DNA from: Eledone cirrhosa
Taxonomy: Eukaryota
DNA length: 64,000 bases
Direction: 5' to 3'
NCBI GenBank assembly: GCA_964016885.1
Contig: OZ024745.1
Coordinates: 125,674,001-125,738,000 of the forward strand
In this document: positions 13,949 through 27,384 of the stretch, piece by piece
Numbering within the stretch: the first letter of the stretch is position 1
How the letters are laid out: every line of letters starts with the position of its first letter
Notes under the pieces: generated by a model
What the model was told of the DNA's origin: nothing
The model's database searches: none
The model's input: the letters and a program-made list of their open reading frames with translations, nothing else
Translations under genes and position numbers: made by a program

Positions 13949-14357
13949 TATTATTATTGCAACCATCTTACTCCTCCTCCTCCTCCGCCTCCTCCTCATC
14001 ATCATCATCACTATCATCATCACTATCATCATCAACACTATCATCATCATCATCGTCATCATCATTATTATCATTACTACTTAATCATGTTGTTGTTGGC
14101 TGAGTAAACGTGTAAGTTAAAAGATACTTTAGCTGATAACAGTTTAAAAGAAATAACACACACACACACACACACACACGCATACACAAACACACACACA
14201 TAAACAAACACACACACACACCGGTATAAGTGATGTGAAATAGTTTCAACTATTCAAGGAAATTGCATGTTTATCATTCAAGAAATTTTACTGCGTTCTC
14301 TCGTAGCGCTAAATAGATCAATAGCTTGGGAGTGTAATTCGCGAGATGGAAAAACAC

Positions 14358-14410
<53 letters not shown>

Positions 14411-14697
14411 CTCTCTCTCTCTTTCTCTCTCTCTATATATATAGGTGGTTCAGTAAATTGCTGAAGGTGGTAACAATATGAGTACTCAATGCATAGGCAG
14501 AAGGTATACTAGAATACTTTTCCCATACGCTGACGCGTATGTGTATATGTATGTGCGTGTGTGTATGTGCATTTGCATACATTTATATGTATGAGTATAT
14601 GAATATAAAAACGCAAACACAGACACACAAAAATACACAAACACACACATACAAACACATACAAACACACACAAACACATACACATACATTTACAAG

Positions 14698-14873
14698 GCG
14701 ATTCTGTCACAACACATAAAGAGAGAGGAGTAGATTGACTACCTCATACTACTTCTTTCTTTTTACGTCTTCTGCCTGCGTGGAAGACGTAAAGAGAGAG
14801 GAGTAGTATGAGGTAGTCAAACTACTCCTTTCCCATTACGTGTAGTGACAGAATCGCATAAATTTATACATAG
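14698..14873. repeat. Inverted repeat, ~75-bp arms
   Basis: gcgattctgtcac...cgtcttc / gaagacg...gtgacagaatcgc; a single-arm copy at 1990-2095 begins TCTATATATAAA. Confidence 0.75.
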
Positions 14874-17800
14874 GTTTATCAGCTGAGTGTATGATAAATA
14901 CATCAGATTTTCGAATTGTTTGAATAGCGAAAAGTCTGTTGTTCACATACGACAAAAACATGACTATATTGTCTTTACCCCGAAGAGCTAATCTCTATAC
15001 ATTTTATATCAGCTTTCGTGCAGGCGAACACATATCTATGAAGAGGCAGCTCATCTAACAATGACAATTTTTTTTTTGTTTCCGTTCAGTAGAGATTTAG
15101 TCTATTGCAAAAGTTATGTTTATAGCATATGTACTTACATGCATCCATGTATTTAGCGATAAGATTGCTGGCATCAAATACTCTTGTCCTTGGCATAGTG
15201 ATCTTATAAATTACAATTACAGTTATGTGTGGTGGAAAAAAAACACTTCACATCTCTGTGAGAGAAAATCCGTTTTTGTTTGACTGATAAGACTTTACAT
15301 AGAAAGTGCTTTCAATGGTAACTACGTGTTCGTTCTACTAAGACATGTATTCGTTAGTTTATTTATTTATTTATTTATCCATTTATTTATTTATACATTT
15401 ATTTATTTATCTATGTATTTGATGATAAATAGTGGTTTAGAGTATAAAGTATAGGGCACCCAGTTCTAAATTCACAAATTCGCAAGTTCTTTACAAGCCT
15501 GTAGCTTTACTCCACCCAACTTTTACCAAAAGATAAAGCATTATTAGTTTTTAATGACTTATTCTTTGTTAAAAGGTCATTGATAAGCATTGACCAAGAG
15601 TGAAGATTTTTCTGTTATCATTTGGTGAGAGAAATGCTGAGAGAAAGCAGATTCGTAACAAGAGCAGTATAGGCCTCCGAGTAAAGCAATACACTGGAGC
15701 CCTTAGGTACACGACCACACCATACATAAATTAGCATTGTGCTTCTCGATCTGTATGTTCATGCTTTAAGACAGTCCTAAGAAACATGTAGGAAGGAATC
15801 TGAAAGCTTGTAACAAAGTGGGCTCCACTAAAACTACCCAAAGTGCAGGTGGTAATGTTAAATCATACCATGGATTAAATCTGCTACTCGTGAACCAGAA
15901 CGTTGTAATCAACGACCCTCAGCCGTTAACCAAATGTGACTCAAGGGGCTTTAGTCGACTCAAGACTGTGGTAGAATACTAATACCCACACAAGGTGACG
16001 TGTCGTAGATTGAATCGTAACCCACGTAGCTGCAAAGTAAACATATTAACCACCAAGCCATTTCTATATTAAATAGGGTACTCGGGAGTGACGACAAGAT
16101 TTTGAATACGAAATCCTGTGTGAGTAAGATTGAGTGTAGGTGAGTGCAGCGGCGTGAAGAGCTCTGGGGATGCCCGGAGCATATCTTGATTGTATGCCTC
16201 AAAAAAGCAAGTATAAGGTTTAATATACTGAGAAATATTATGAGAAAGGAAAATATGTTGAATATATAAACAGATTAAACATGAAATAAACGCTTTATTT
16301 GATTCTAATATAAATCAATAAATTTATTGAGTTCTTTTCCCCCCAAAGGATGCCTGGGGTCAACGCCCCCCCCCCCCTCTAGACACTACTGCGTGAGTGT
16401 GTGTGTGTTCGTCTCTTGTTGTTGTTGATGATAATTATAATGTTAAACTTGCTTCAACCCAACCCTGCTTCAGCGATGATCAAGTGGGTTTCAACCCCAA
16501 CTCTCAAGTTATTTTAGCCTTGTCACGATAAATAATCTAACGTAACCTTTCCTTATTTAAGATAGAAGCATGTAGCATTGAGGGACATGTTTTTGTTATA
16601 TCTCGTATGTCAACAAACCACATTTATCCGTGATTTGTTTCCGTGGGGCTGCAAGAACAGGAAGATGCTTATGGGATTTTCATTCACATTGTAACCCTCT
16701 ATTTAAAGTCATTCTAACCGCATCCACGCTCTCTTTTTCTGGATTTCTAGAGTATATTATCCAAGTTATCCACCTGTTTGAGACGACGGATTGCACATTG
16801 TCGGAGTTTGGGCTGTTATTTTTACAAAATAGAGGGCGGTGTCATATCGTGTCATATGTATGACATAATGTGTGTGTATTGTTTGATTTGATACAATTTT
16901 ATATGCCAGCAATAGAGTGTGATATATTTTGTGATGTCAGCAATGAATGGTGCGAGCAGAATTAATCAACATATATATAATGTTTGAGTATACTGAATAG
17001 CAAAAAGCATGTTGTTCAAATTAAACAGTAACATCACTATACTGTATTTAGTCTGGGGAGTTTAGCCCTATGCGCAACAGTAACTTCACAATGCTGCCTT
17101 TAATTTAGAAAGCTTAGCGATCGTTATATGTCATATCAGCTACCGTGCACACGAACATATATCTGTAGCTAGTCAGTTCATTTAACAATAAGTGTTTTGA
17201 TATCTGTACAACAGGACTTCAGAATATTGCTAGAGTTAGGTTGTAGTACATATACTCACATGTATTCATTGATAAGAAGATTGCCGACATAAGAAATAAT
17301 AAAATTAATAAAATGAACTACTTTTGACTTTACATTGTGATCCTAGTGTAGACATATTCATGTATGTACATACAAGCTTTAAGAAGTAAGGACGAACTTC
17401 AGAGATGGACATTAGCTAATTTTAAAGCCGATTGATATGATATCGACTTTTATAATACAAATCACATTTTATAATACAAATCACATCTTGTTGATTAGAG
17501 AGTTTAATGGTATCCTAGCTGGAGAGTTAGTGATACTGCTTCTGATATCTAATTTGTGCTATAGTATTGTCATAACTACTTTATTGTTAATAGATTAATT
17601 CCGCTCACTATAATTATATACCGTTTCAAGGGATAGTTGTTAAATGGATAATTCGTTCAATTTCAGTGATTAGCTCATATATTCTCCTCTGATCAGGAGA
17701 AACTAATCTCGGGTGTCATTAATTGAAATCTTCAGAGATTCCCAATAACGACATAGTTTATAAATTCTCTAACTTTTCTAGAGTCAATATTAAATATTCT

Positions 17801-18792
17801 TCCCATTTCTTCATATGTCTATACTAAACTGATTCATGTTCAGAAGTGTGGCCAAGGCGTGGATATTTATTAGATTATATTAAGAAGGTTTTCACTTAAA
17901 TACTGATGTAGAAATAGTTTTACATAGAGGAATCGTTGAATTTTCATCACAAATTGCGTTTCTCATTTATATAACGACCCTCAAGCAAATAAATATCTTC
18001 TATCAAACATGGTACGAAATCAAGTTTGAGGTGTTTCTCATGATTGAATTGAAGGAAGCATGGTATTCATTATATATTTATCAATCCAAGATGGGAGAAC
18101 ATGAACTAAAGCGAGTATTGAATTCAACAAAACCAAATAAATAACCCGAAGCATCTAATTTGATCCAATAAAGATTCTGCCTGGTATATCACTATTAATT
18201 TTAGAATTATTGTATTCCTTTCGATAAGACCCAATGCCTCTATTTATAATAAGAATTTCAGAAATGTTAAGTTTCTTAAGTGAACATAAACGGAACAATA
18301 TGATTTGATTTTAAAAATGTCATTTCCTCAAAAGTAGAAGCTACATCTTATATATATGTATTTATTTTTTTTATTAATCAGGACAAGTTACTTTGATAGG
18401 AGATCAATTTCACTTCTAAATATCTCAACAAGTGTCTGTACATTAATTTAAATATGTCCTAGACGGATTGGTATTAGGCATTTAAAAGCAAGACAGTATC
18501 TATAATTAGTGTTGCATTTTCTGTAAATTGCATTTGAAAATTAAGCAGTGCTCCTTTGGATAAGAAACATGCACTTTCCTTTTTATTGATCTTAATATAT
18601 TATTAATACTTTTTTTTATTGATTTTCCGGAAGTGAGGATGGAAGACAAAACCAACAGCATGTTAGCTTAAATTAACTCTACATTGAACAAATATGCTGT
18701 ACAGCATTACTACATATTAATTCTTTATTTAATCATTTCTATTTTTTCAATCCGAATGGAAAAATTCATTTAATTTAAAATCATAAACTTAC

Positions 18793-19145
18793 CAATCCAT
18801 TGCAAACTTGAAGAGCGACATTTGAAGTATTGTGGTCTTTTATTTTCCCAGAGAAAAAACAATTCTGTTTCCAGTATTGAACAAATGTAGAATCCGAAAC
18901 ATTGTTGAAGCGAGATTTCCGTCGTTCAATCACCATGCCAGGGGATGTGAATTTGTTATTCGGTGTCAGCTGCAAATGCAGTGTTTTGTTCTCGACGATC
19001 ACATGATAGTGAATTGAAGTAGGGTCTGTACTCCTCTTCACCGTGTGGTGTTCTGGATGCAGTAAATGTGTTTCAAACTGGCCTTCCGAGTTCACTCGAT
19101 ATGGTAAAATCACTTCATAATCCTTGATAAGTTTAAGGAACTCAC
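18793..19145 (-). CDS. ADAMTS: ADAMTS-type metalloprotease, coding exon 2 (M12B propeptide)
   Basis: EFLKLIKDYEVILPYRVNSEGQF..TVKRS..IHYHVIVENKTLHLQLTPNNKFTSPGMVIERR..NCFFSGKIKDHNTSNVALQVCNGL, a typical ADAMTS prodomain (P-RV--G-F, HL-L--N, C---G------S-VAL--C-GL). Polypyrimidine + TAG acceptor; GTAAGT donor in phase 0 after CNGL. Resembles the ADAMTS6/10/7/12 group; paralogue not assignable. Confidence 0.92.
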
Positions 19146-20563
19146 CTAGTTGAAGAATAAGAAATAAAATGGAAATGTAAAACAAGCGTTATGGTTATGA
19201 ATGGCAGCAATAACAATTAATAACAAGAGGGTAAAATCTAAAATGAAGGACTAAATACTGTGTATCGTATATTTCCATTCATTCTATGTTAAGAAAACTT
19301 ATTAATCCTCATCGTTCTGGTGTCGATAGAATAAATGCAGGTATGTGTAGGGCGGATTTAATCTACTGTACCACACCAAGGCATATGTGTCACTTTGGAT
19401 GAAGGTGGGATTTCAATAATATTACTCACATTTGGTGAACAATTGGGTTGTTTAATTCCCATGAAAAAATATTCAGGGTTTCCAAGACTGATGGAAGGGT
19501 GGAAGGTATTCTCACATCGAGGACCTGGACTGAATACTTGCTACAGAGGTTACTTTAGTAAACGCACCTCTTTAAACCAGATGACGGATTACGTCTACAA
19601 ACCAATAAATCGACGGTGGGATTTGATCTCGGAAGACAAATAGTCAGAACAAATACTACGAAGCATTTCATCCAACGTTTTAGCGATTCCACCAAACCAC
19701 ACTTGCATGTAATTTTATTTATTGACCCCTAAAGGACGAAAGCCAAAGTTGATCTTGGCAGGGTTTGAACTCAAGTCGGTGAAGATAAGAGGTGAGATGA
19801 GCTGAGGTTGTAATTTAGTCTCCATTCCCAGTAGGAGACATTTCACCCAACGTACAACAGAAATGTTAAAACATGAATGTCAAAACTTTCCATTCCCAAG
19901 CATTAAACATTTTAGGCCGTCTACCTAGTGAAAGAAAACCCATGTGTTCAGTTGATTAAAGATGTGACACCCACTTCTTTAAGTGATTGAAGAGAATGAA
20001 AGATATAGGTACGACGATCTTTTGTTTGTTTTCTCTGGGTATTCTTTCAAAAGTAAGAAAAGAAATTATTGAAATTGGGTATGTTCATATGAAACTGGAA
20101 GAATTTATAAACTAATATACCCTATTCGTGAATGCAAAAACACAAAATTATGCATGGTAGCTGTGGTTCTAGCAATGAAAGCTTGCACCTAATAGTTTGA
20201 GTGACTTTTAAATCAAGTCTAGTGTAGGTAATAGGAGGCAGGGTAGTGACTGAAACAATAATGATTTAACAGAGTTTAGATCCAAATAAGAATGTTTTGA
20301 ATGTTTTGAAAAGTAGTATTCTCTGTTTCATTAACAGAATAATTAGAAAGACAATGCACCAAAGATACCAGGATTTTCATCCCATGATTTGTCTCCAGCA
20401 TTCCTCTCAGAATGTACAAGTCGTATTTCTTTCTTATCGCCACCCGTTGCCTAAAACTGAGTTTACCCCGAATAATTGTACTGTTGCAATTATTGTGTTT
20501 GCAACATTAGTAAATCTAAAAAAAAAAAAAAAATCGACAATCTATACCTCATATAGTAATTCA

Positions 20564-20750
20564 ATTGTTTCTACTTTTGGCACAAGGGCAGCAATTACCC
20601 CAGTGCATTACTGGGGCTTTCTTTTTATCGACCTCGTAAGGATGAATGGCAAAGTTAACCTCGGTGGGATTTGAACTCAGAACGTAAAGGCCAATAACTC
20701 TATGCTGCAAAGCATGTTGTCTGACGCTCTACCGATACTGCCAATCCAGC
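20564..20750 (-). mobile_element. MetaSINE, near full length
   Basis: Same consensus; imperfect flanking direct repeat tcatatag-aatt-aa. Confidence 0.88.
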
Positions 20751-20789
20751 GTATTCATATAGAAATTTAAAAACTTATTATTGCCTCTC

Positions 20790-21400
20790 TTTTTTCATTC
20801 CTTTGTTTCTGCCTCAGTTTGAAAAGGTAATTATGCAGATGCCTTCCGAATTCATTGTTTATATACGATATAAATGTGATCTGTCCGTAGAAAAGTAAAC
20901 TTCGTTGATATCCTAAAAGACGTAATCTCTCTACTAAACTTCTGCTAGATAAACTCTCATCTAGGGGTTTCACTCATAACCAATTCCCTTCGATCCTAAT
21001 TGTTTTTACTGAGCGAACCGTAATCGGTTGTGACATTTGCCATATCTTTCTCTTCTTTTCACTGAATTCTTTGACATCATCTTCCATGTAGTCAATGAAT
21101 TTATGTAATTTACAAAGTCCCTGGACGAACATCATTGTCAGAAATCATCTTTTTATGGAAAGATATTCCGATTCAAGACGTTTACCTGATCCAAACAACC
21201 ATTTCTTCTTTTAGCTGTGTAAATCCTGAGTCGTAAGAGAGCCATATTGACATACGGCGTTTCTTGGACATGTTTTAAAACCTGGCGGATCCAATTTCCC
21301 CTCTATGTCTGAATACAGCACATTTCTTCCAGAAAAGGATAAAGACCGAGAGAATGAAAATTAGTAAGAGACATAGAGGAAGAATCGACCCCAGTACTAT
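20790..21400 (-). mobile_element. Degenerate ORF-bearing retroelement 5' region following a SINE-like segment
   Basis: Broken frames (KFIDYMEDDVKEFSEKKRKIW..KTIRIEGNWL*VKP); the upstream block ccgccaggttt..gaaacgccgtatgtc is shared with 38640-38880 and 49040-49330. Confidence 0.4.
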
Positions 21401-22071
21401 AATCAGAAATGCCCTGATTCAACGATATTGCTTCTTGGTATTTACTGGACTTTGTAGAAATAGTAAACAAACCTCCCTCAATTTATTACACCTTTCACAA
21501 AATTATACATGTTGAATAATACATGGTGTTTGAAAATATAAATAAATTAAAAAGACGGTATGTTCACCGGTAAAACGCAATCAACAAAGATTTATTCAGC
21601 CACGGTTAATCTACAACTAATCTAGAATATCAAATGGGATGGAATGGATTTTCGCCAATTTTGACTATGTCAGTTCCAGTTATTCGATAAATCGAACAGC
21701 CCACTCATGATATTAACGGGCAAGTTGTTGAACATTCCAGAGATTCGTATACCTTAATGTAACCCTCAGGTGACACAATATGTGTAAAAGCTGACCCATT
21801 TAATGAAATCTTCACTCCATTCAACGGGCTTCCAAACAATTTCCGCCTACCCGTTTTCGTTCATAAGGCTTCGATTGACACAAGGCTGGAATAAACTGGT
21901 CTTTTCCCAATATTGTACTTCGTGTCATCAAACCTAGGACCTCATGATTTTAAAGCGAATTTCTTGATGATTTCGTTGTTATTCGCCAGAACGTCTTAAG
22001 CATTCAGCCATGCTGAATCCACAGATCATCAAATTGAAACAAATGACACAGTATCATCCTATGCATTAGAG

Positions 22072-22314
22072 CACTGGTTCTCAACCTTTTTTTTTTCCAA
22101 CGGCACACCTTGGAACACATGAAAAAATAGTGGCACACCTGGCTAAATATATATGAAAAATATTTGAATTTTACAAAATAAAAACATGTCATACAACCGT
22201 AGACACAGACTAGTCATAGGCATTTTCTTAGTGTGCCGTTCAAAATTTCGCGGCAAACTTAGGAAGATCTCACGGCACACTTGTGTGCCGCGGCACACTG
22301 GTTGAGAATCACTG
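22072..22314. mobile_element. hAT (Charlie-like) MITE
   Basis: TIRs CACTGGTTCTCAACC / GGTTGAGAATCACTG; 8-bp flanks cattagag and tattagat. Confidence 0.8.
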
Positions 22315-23013
22315 TATTAGATACTATTTTTCGATTGCATAAGCATAAATACTTTGCTCGTCAACTGCTGACATTTCACTACTTACTTCACATAGAGGGA
22401 AAAAAATTCGATGAATAACTAAAACTGATATATTATAAATTGTAAACTCAAGCTTTTGTTGTCAGACTGCTTTATACTTAATTTCAAACTTCCTCTTCTA
22501 ATTTGCAGGATGTTTAGACTGATAACTTCCTGTACACCCACACACAAGCCAACTGTTTTAGATGTGTAAATGTGTATCTTAGTTATATATATATACAGTA
22601 TATAAATATATATATATATATACATATATATATGCGTGTGTGTGTGTGTGTATAAATAATACACACATATATATATATATATATATGCATACATACATAC
22701 AAATAGCCTCAGAGTGATAAATACTTTCCATAAGGAAAAGTGGAAATGAATAAATGTATGAGTAAGGAGCAAGTAGAGAGTTGAGAAAACGGGATGGAGA
22801 GAAGTGGAAAAAAAGATTGGAGGACGAGAAGAAGAGAGTGCAATGAGAAAGCGTAAGATCAAAGAGGTATTTAGAAACAGTGACGTAGCTGGTGTGTGCC
22901 ACCCGGGGCGACCCTTCGATTTACCGCCCTCGGGTCCCCACAAAAAATACATATTGCTCAGTGACTCCCTCTTAAAGTTATATATATGTATGTATATATA
23001 ACTTTTCTTTATG

Positions 23014-23051
<38 letters not shown>

Positions 23052-23139
23052 ACAGTTTCAGAAGATCACGTAAAGGGTGAAAGCAGCGATTCTTTGCTTA
23101 AACTTTAATCTGTACTTATAATAAATATTTGCTCTACGG

Positions 23140-23183
<44 letters not shown>

Positions 23184-23208
23184 TGTAATAAACAACATAA
23201 GGCAATTA

Positions 23209-23269
23209 TTTCATTTACCAGTGGTTTCTTAAAAGCAAAAAAATGTTGCTTTCAATCATCAGAATGAAA
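23209..23269 (-). ncRNA. Type I hammerhead ribozyme motif (intact core)
   Basis: Minus strand: tttcatt CTGATGA ttgaaagcaa-cattttt-ttgcttttaa GAAA ccactgg TA aatgaaa. 7-bp stem I, 10-bp stem II, short stem III, GUA cleavage triplet. Confidence 0.8.
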
Positions 23270-23397
23270 AAATCATGGTGTATTTATTGGCGTTGGATTT
23301 TAAATAATTGCCTTTTGTTTATTACATAACTATTAAGCTCTGTTACCTACATAGAGCACTCTTTTTTCCTGGACTTTTCCGACGGAATTACTTCATT

Positions 23398-23439
<42 letters not shown>

Positions 23440-23480
23440 TTCAAAATATTAACAAAAATAGACATTCGTGTGATCAAGTA

Positions 23481-23547
23481 TATTTTATTATACATATTTC
23501 AGAGGTACTGAGCTATCTTTAACAGTACGTCCTCATCAGATAAAATA
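23481..23547 (-). ncRNA. Type I minimal hammerhead ribozyme motif (intact core)
   Basis: Minus strand: tattttat CTGATGA ggacgtactg-ttaaagatagct-cagtacctct GAAA tatgta TA ataaaata. 8-bp stem I, stem II with one mismatch, quasi-palindromic stem III, AUA triplet. Confidence 0.8.
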
Positions 23548-24605
23548 AGATGATGCATGACATATCCTGACATAGTAGATGGTAAAGATTCAGTCATGAT
23601 AGTGAATATGATATGACAAGACTCAATATTTATATACCTTAAGATTGAGACATGAAAAAACTGACATATAATACAGAGGGTGCGTCTGAGAAAGCTTAAA
23701 AATATATAATAGCAATTTACATAACTGTTAGAGATTCAAATAATTTAAATTATTGAAGAAAGAAGAAAGAAAGAAGAAAGACAGAGAGAAATAGATGAGG
23801 AAAAATATAGTTACTAGAAGTATAGAAGCAAAAGAGAATTGATCAAGGATAGAGAGACAAAGGGGAATAATTTTCATAGTATAAAGCATAGATAAATACA
23901 TGAATATACATTTGAGCATAGCTTTGTGAAAGAGTAAACTCGAATCTTTGAATTATCTAGAAGTATCGAGGTTAACTTTGCCTTTCATCCTTAAGGGATC
24001 GATAAAATAAAGTACCAGTAATGTACTTGTGCCAAATGCAGAAACAATTATTTATAATTTACAATTTATTTTGAAAATAATCAAAGATTTGGTGGTATTC
24101 AGTGCTAAAAGTAAACGTTCTCATTGTATTTAGAAATAACTTAATAAAGGATCTTACATAAAACTACTGTTGCAGGTGTTTAGATAAATATGATCATTTA
24201 AAAATAAACGTGAGTTGGGGTTAAGGTGGCCTGTTATTTATAGGGTTAAAGGACTTTGTTGTTTTTAATTTTTCGTATCTCATTTTAGTGTGATATCTAT
24301 AATCTCAAATAAAACAAATAAACCTGTCTGCTTCAACGATGAATAGTCATTGAGCTATCGTTTAAGTGATTGAGTATTGCACATTCACGTTTACCTTTAA
24401 CATAATTCTGTGGCTGAATCAACACGAGTGTTTCTGTGACAAGACTGGTTCTTTGATGTCTCAATACAGTTCATCAGACGGGTTTACACAAATACCAAAT
24501 CTACCCAATATTACCCAGAATGTGTAGATCTACACAGTTGGGGTGAACTAAGGACATCGTATTTGCAAAACAAAATTATTACCGTCGGCCATTCTTCAGC
24601 TTCTT

Positions 24606-25508
24606 ATCTATATATATAAAACGGAGGATGTCTGTCTGTGTGTGAGTTCGAATCCCTAAAACTCGAGAACCACCAAACCGACTCTTTTCAAACTTTACAC
24701 ATGTAATACTTATGTTTCAGGGAGTGTTCTGAGCAAAACAAATTTCAAATTGTCAATGCCCTAGGGACCACATTAGGCGATTTAGCGATCTCGCTCTATA
24801 ATTCTTAGTCTTTCTCTTTTTAGATAGATACATACATATAACGTCGCGCCCTTATAATATTTGTCTGTATGTCTGCTGTCTGCATTACGTCACTTCCCTG
24901 AGGATGTCTGTCTGCGCGCGTATGTGTGTGTGAGTTTGAATCCCTAAAACTCGAGAAGTACCCAACCGATGTTTTTCAAACTTTACATGTGTATTACTTA
25001 TGTTTCAGGGAGTGTTATGCACATAAAATAATGCAACTTTTTGATCCCATAGGGCCCGTATTAGGTGAAAAACTGCGTTTTTTAAGAATTTTAGGAGTTT
25101 TTTGAAGCGTTACGTCAGACCGATTTCCTTGAAATTGTAACTATGTATTAGTCAGTCTCTTCTTCATACCGTAAGCAAAGAAAATCCAACTTTCTTATGG
25201 CCTAGGGCCCGCATTAGGTGAAAAACTTCATTTTTTCAGCTTCTTAGGGCTTTTTGGAGGCGTTATGTCTAGCCGATTTTCCCGAAATTTCAAGGCATAT
25301 TATGCACATAAAAAATATTCCTTTTCTTGATCCTCCAGGGCCCGCATTAGGTGAAAACCTGCATTTTTCCTGCTTCATCAAGGAAACTCTTAAAGATTAT
25401 CCAGCCATCAGAGTATTCGGTTTATTTTCTTTACACATTGTCCAGGCATGCAGTTTTTCCACGATTAGGTCTGTTGGTGGCCCGCGTTCCAAAATACCTT
25501 ATCCTGTA
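24606..25508 (+). mobile_element. Non-autonomous Helitron with duplicated 5' segment; 3' terminus missing
   Basis: Starts TCTATATATATAAAAC; highly similar to 61148-61879; the 5' block is repeated at about 24900. Confidence 0.75.
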
Positions 25509-26861
25509 TAGAATACCTTATCCTATATAGAACGCATGTAACATTGATCCTTGCTGTTAGTTTACTGATTCTATTGTAGCACACACCAATGTAAAGACGT
25601 TTTTCTTTTTCTAAAATTACATTAAAATTAACTCTTTCGTTACCACATTTTTCATGAAGGCATAATTTTCAAATCATTGTTCAAAATAATTATGAATTTA
25701 AAAGGATTTAGAAAAATAACTAACTTGTTAATTATTTATCTAATGTTTGGAGCTTAGAACTATCATGGAAGGTTTTTAGATACATGTTATATAAACACTT
25801 CAAAACAAAAGTTGTTTTGTAGAACCAGTGGTCGGTTCCAGACGATTGTGAAAATAGAAATCTGCAAAAAGCAATGCATTGAAGTCGGGTCACTATTGAC
25901 AGTTCACTGTACTTCACTAGTAGACTATTGAAACAGAACATCTATGTCTATATTATATCCATTCTGTCTTACATTTCTAGAAAGGTAGATACAAGCTTGA
26001 AGCAGATTTGGCTGCTATTTCCAGCAAATAAAGCAACAGCATAGAGGAACATTGCAGACGATGACCTACAGATATTCAAACTCACATCAGCTATATTGAT
26101 CTCACTAGTCATAGACCGTGAGGCTACAAAGAACATGACTAATGCTTCTCTGATAATTAACTTATAAAAAAATTTCAACTAAAATGATTACAGACATCTT
26201 ATATTTAATATTTTCATTTGAATCAGAAAAAAAATGTATGTGCTGTGTTGTGTGTATATGTGCATGTGCATGTATGCGGGTGTGGTATGTCTTTGTGTGC
26301 GCGTGCATCTGCTTTATTTCTCAATTTACATCAATGAGCTCCAAAGAATTCAAACATATCTGGAGATGAAGAGATTAAAAAACAACAACAAAGCATTTCC
26401 CACGTGAATGTCAGGACGACCCCTATTACTAATGAAAAAAAAAACAGTTGGCAGAAACAAGAATAGCTCAAATCATTAACCATAATAAACTTATAAAAAA
26501 ACGGAGAGAAAGATTGTGAATAAGATATTCTAATACATTTTATGGGATATCAGATAAATAAATGCTGCTTAGTAAATGAAGAAAATGAAGAAGTGCATCA
26601 GGTACTAATACATTGTACGACTCTCTTTATGTGAAGAGAAATCCTGCCCACTTATATATATATACGTTCACTATGTCTTGTTTATTTAAGAGTTCTGTCT
26701 ATTTCTTGTCTTTAGCGTATATACAAGTATATATATATATATATATACGTGTATATGTGTGTGTGTGTGTGTGTGCACGCGTCTGTGTATGAGTGTGTGC
26801 TTGCGTATAAAGCAGAAGAATTAATAAAACACTGTTAATCACTTGAGTCATAATTATAATA

Positions 26862-27047
26862 ATTGTTTTTACTTTTGGCACAAGGCCAACAATTATCCAG
26901 TGCATTACTGGTACTTTATTTAATCGACCCCGTAAGGATGAAAGGCAAAGTTAACCTCAGTGGGATTTGAACACAGACCGCAAAGGGCCGTAACTCTATG
27001 GTACAAAGCATGGCACCCGACCCTCTACCGATACTACCAATTCACCA
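26862..27047 (-). mobile_element. MetaSINE, near full length
   Basis: Consensus match; flanked by aattataataa direct repeats. Confidence 0.88.
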
Positions 27048-27088
27048 AAATTATAATAATAAAATATTGTTTATTTATGATTTCTATA

Positions 27089-27219
27089 ATCCAGCTCTTT
27101 CGTCTTTGGCGAGACTTCTATAGATATAAGTTTAGTTGTTATTTAAAGAGTAGACTATTCTTTGAATAACAACTAAATTTATATCTTGATAAGTGTCGTG
27201 AAAGACGAAAGTACTGGAT
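27089..27219. repeat. Fold-back element with degenerate hammerhead-like motif
   Basis: Arms atccagctctttcgtcttt..gttgttattta / tgaataacaac..aaagacgaaagtactggat. Confidence 0.6.
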
Positions 27220-27384
27220 ACAAATAATAAAGAATGGGTTATTAATTTTTTTTTTCCCCAAGTGATGAACAGTGTTTCAGTTCTTCTCCTGGCAATTTTA
27301 GAGAGCTGGAATGTAATAGTTTATTGGGAATCTGATTTTTAAAATTGAAAAACAAAGAAAAGAGTTTTCACTTTTAAACAATTA

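Noticed and set aside
14990-17300. Diverged ~190-bp similarity between 14990-15180 and 17130-17300
   Set aside because: Looks like two old copies of a dispersed repeat, with no ORF or structure.
19146-19185. ORF-track N-terminus MFYISILFLILQL as the ADAMTS signal peptide
   Set aside because: It starts at a non-ATG codon and is the intron polypyrimidine tract before the AG acceptor.
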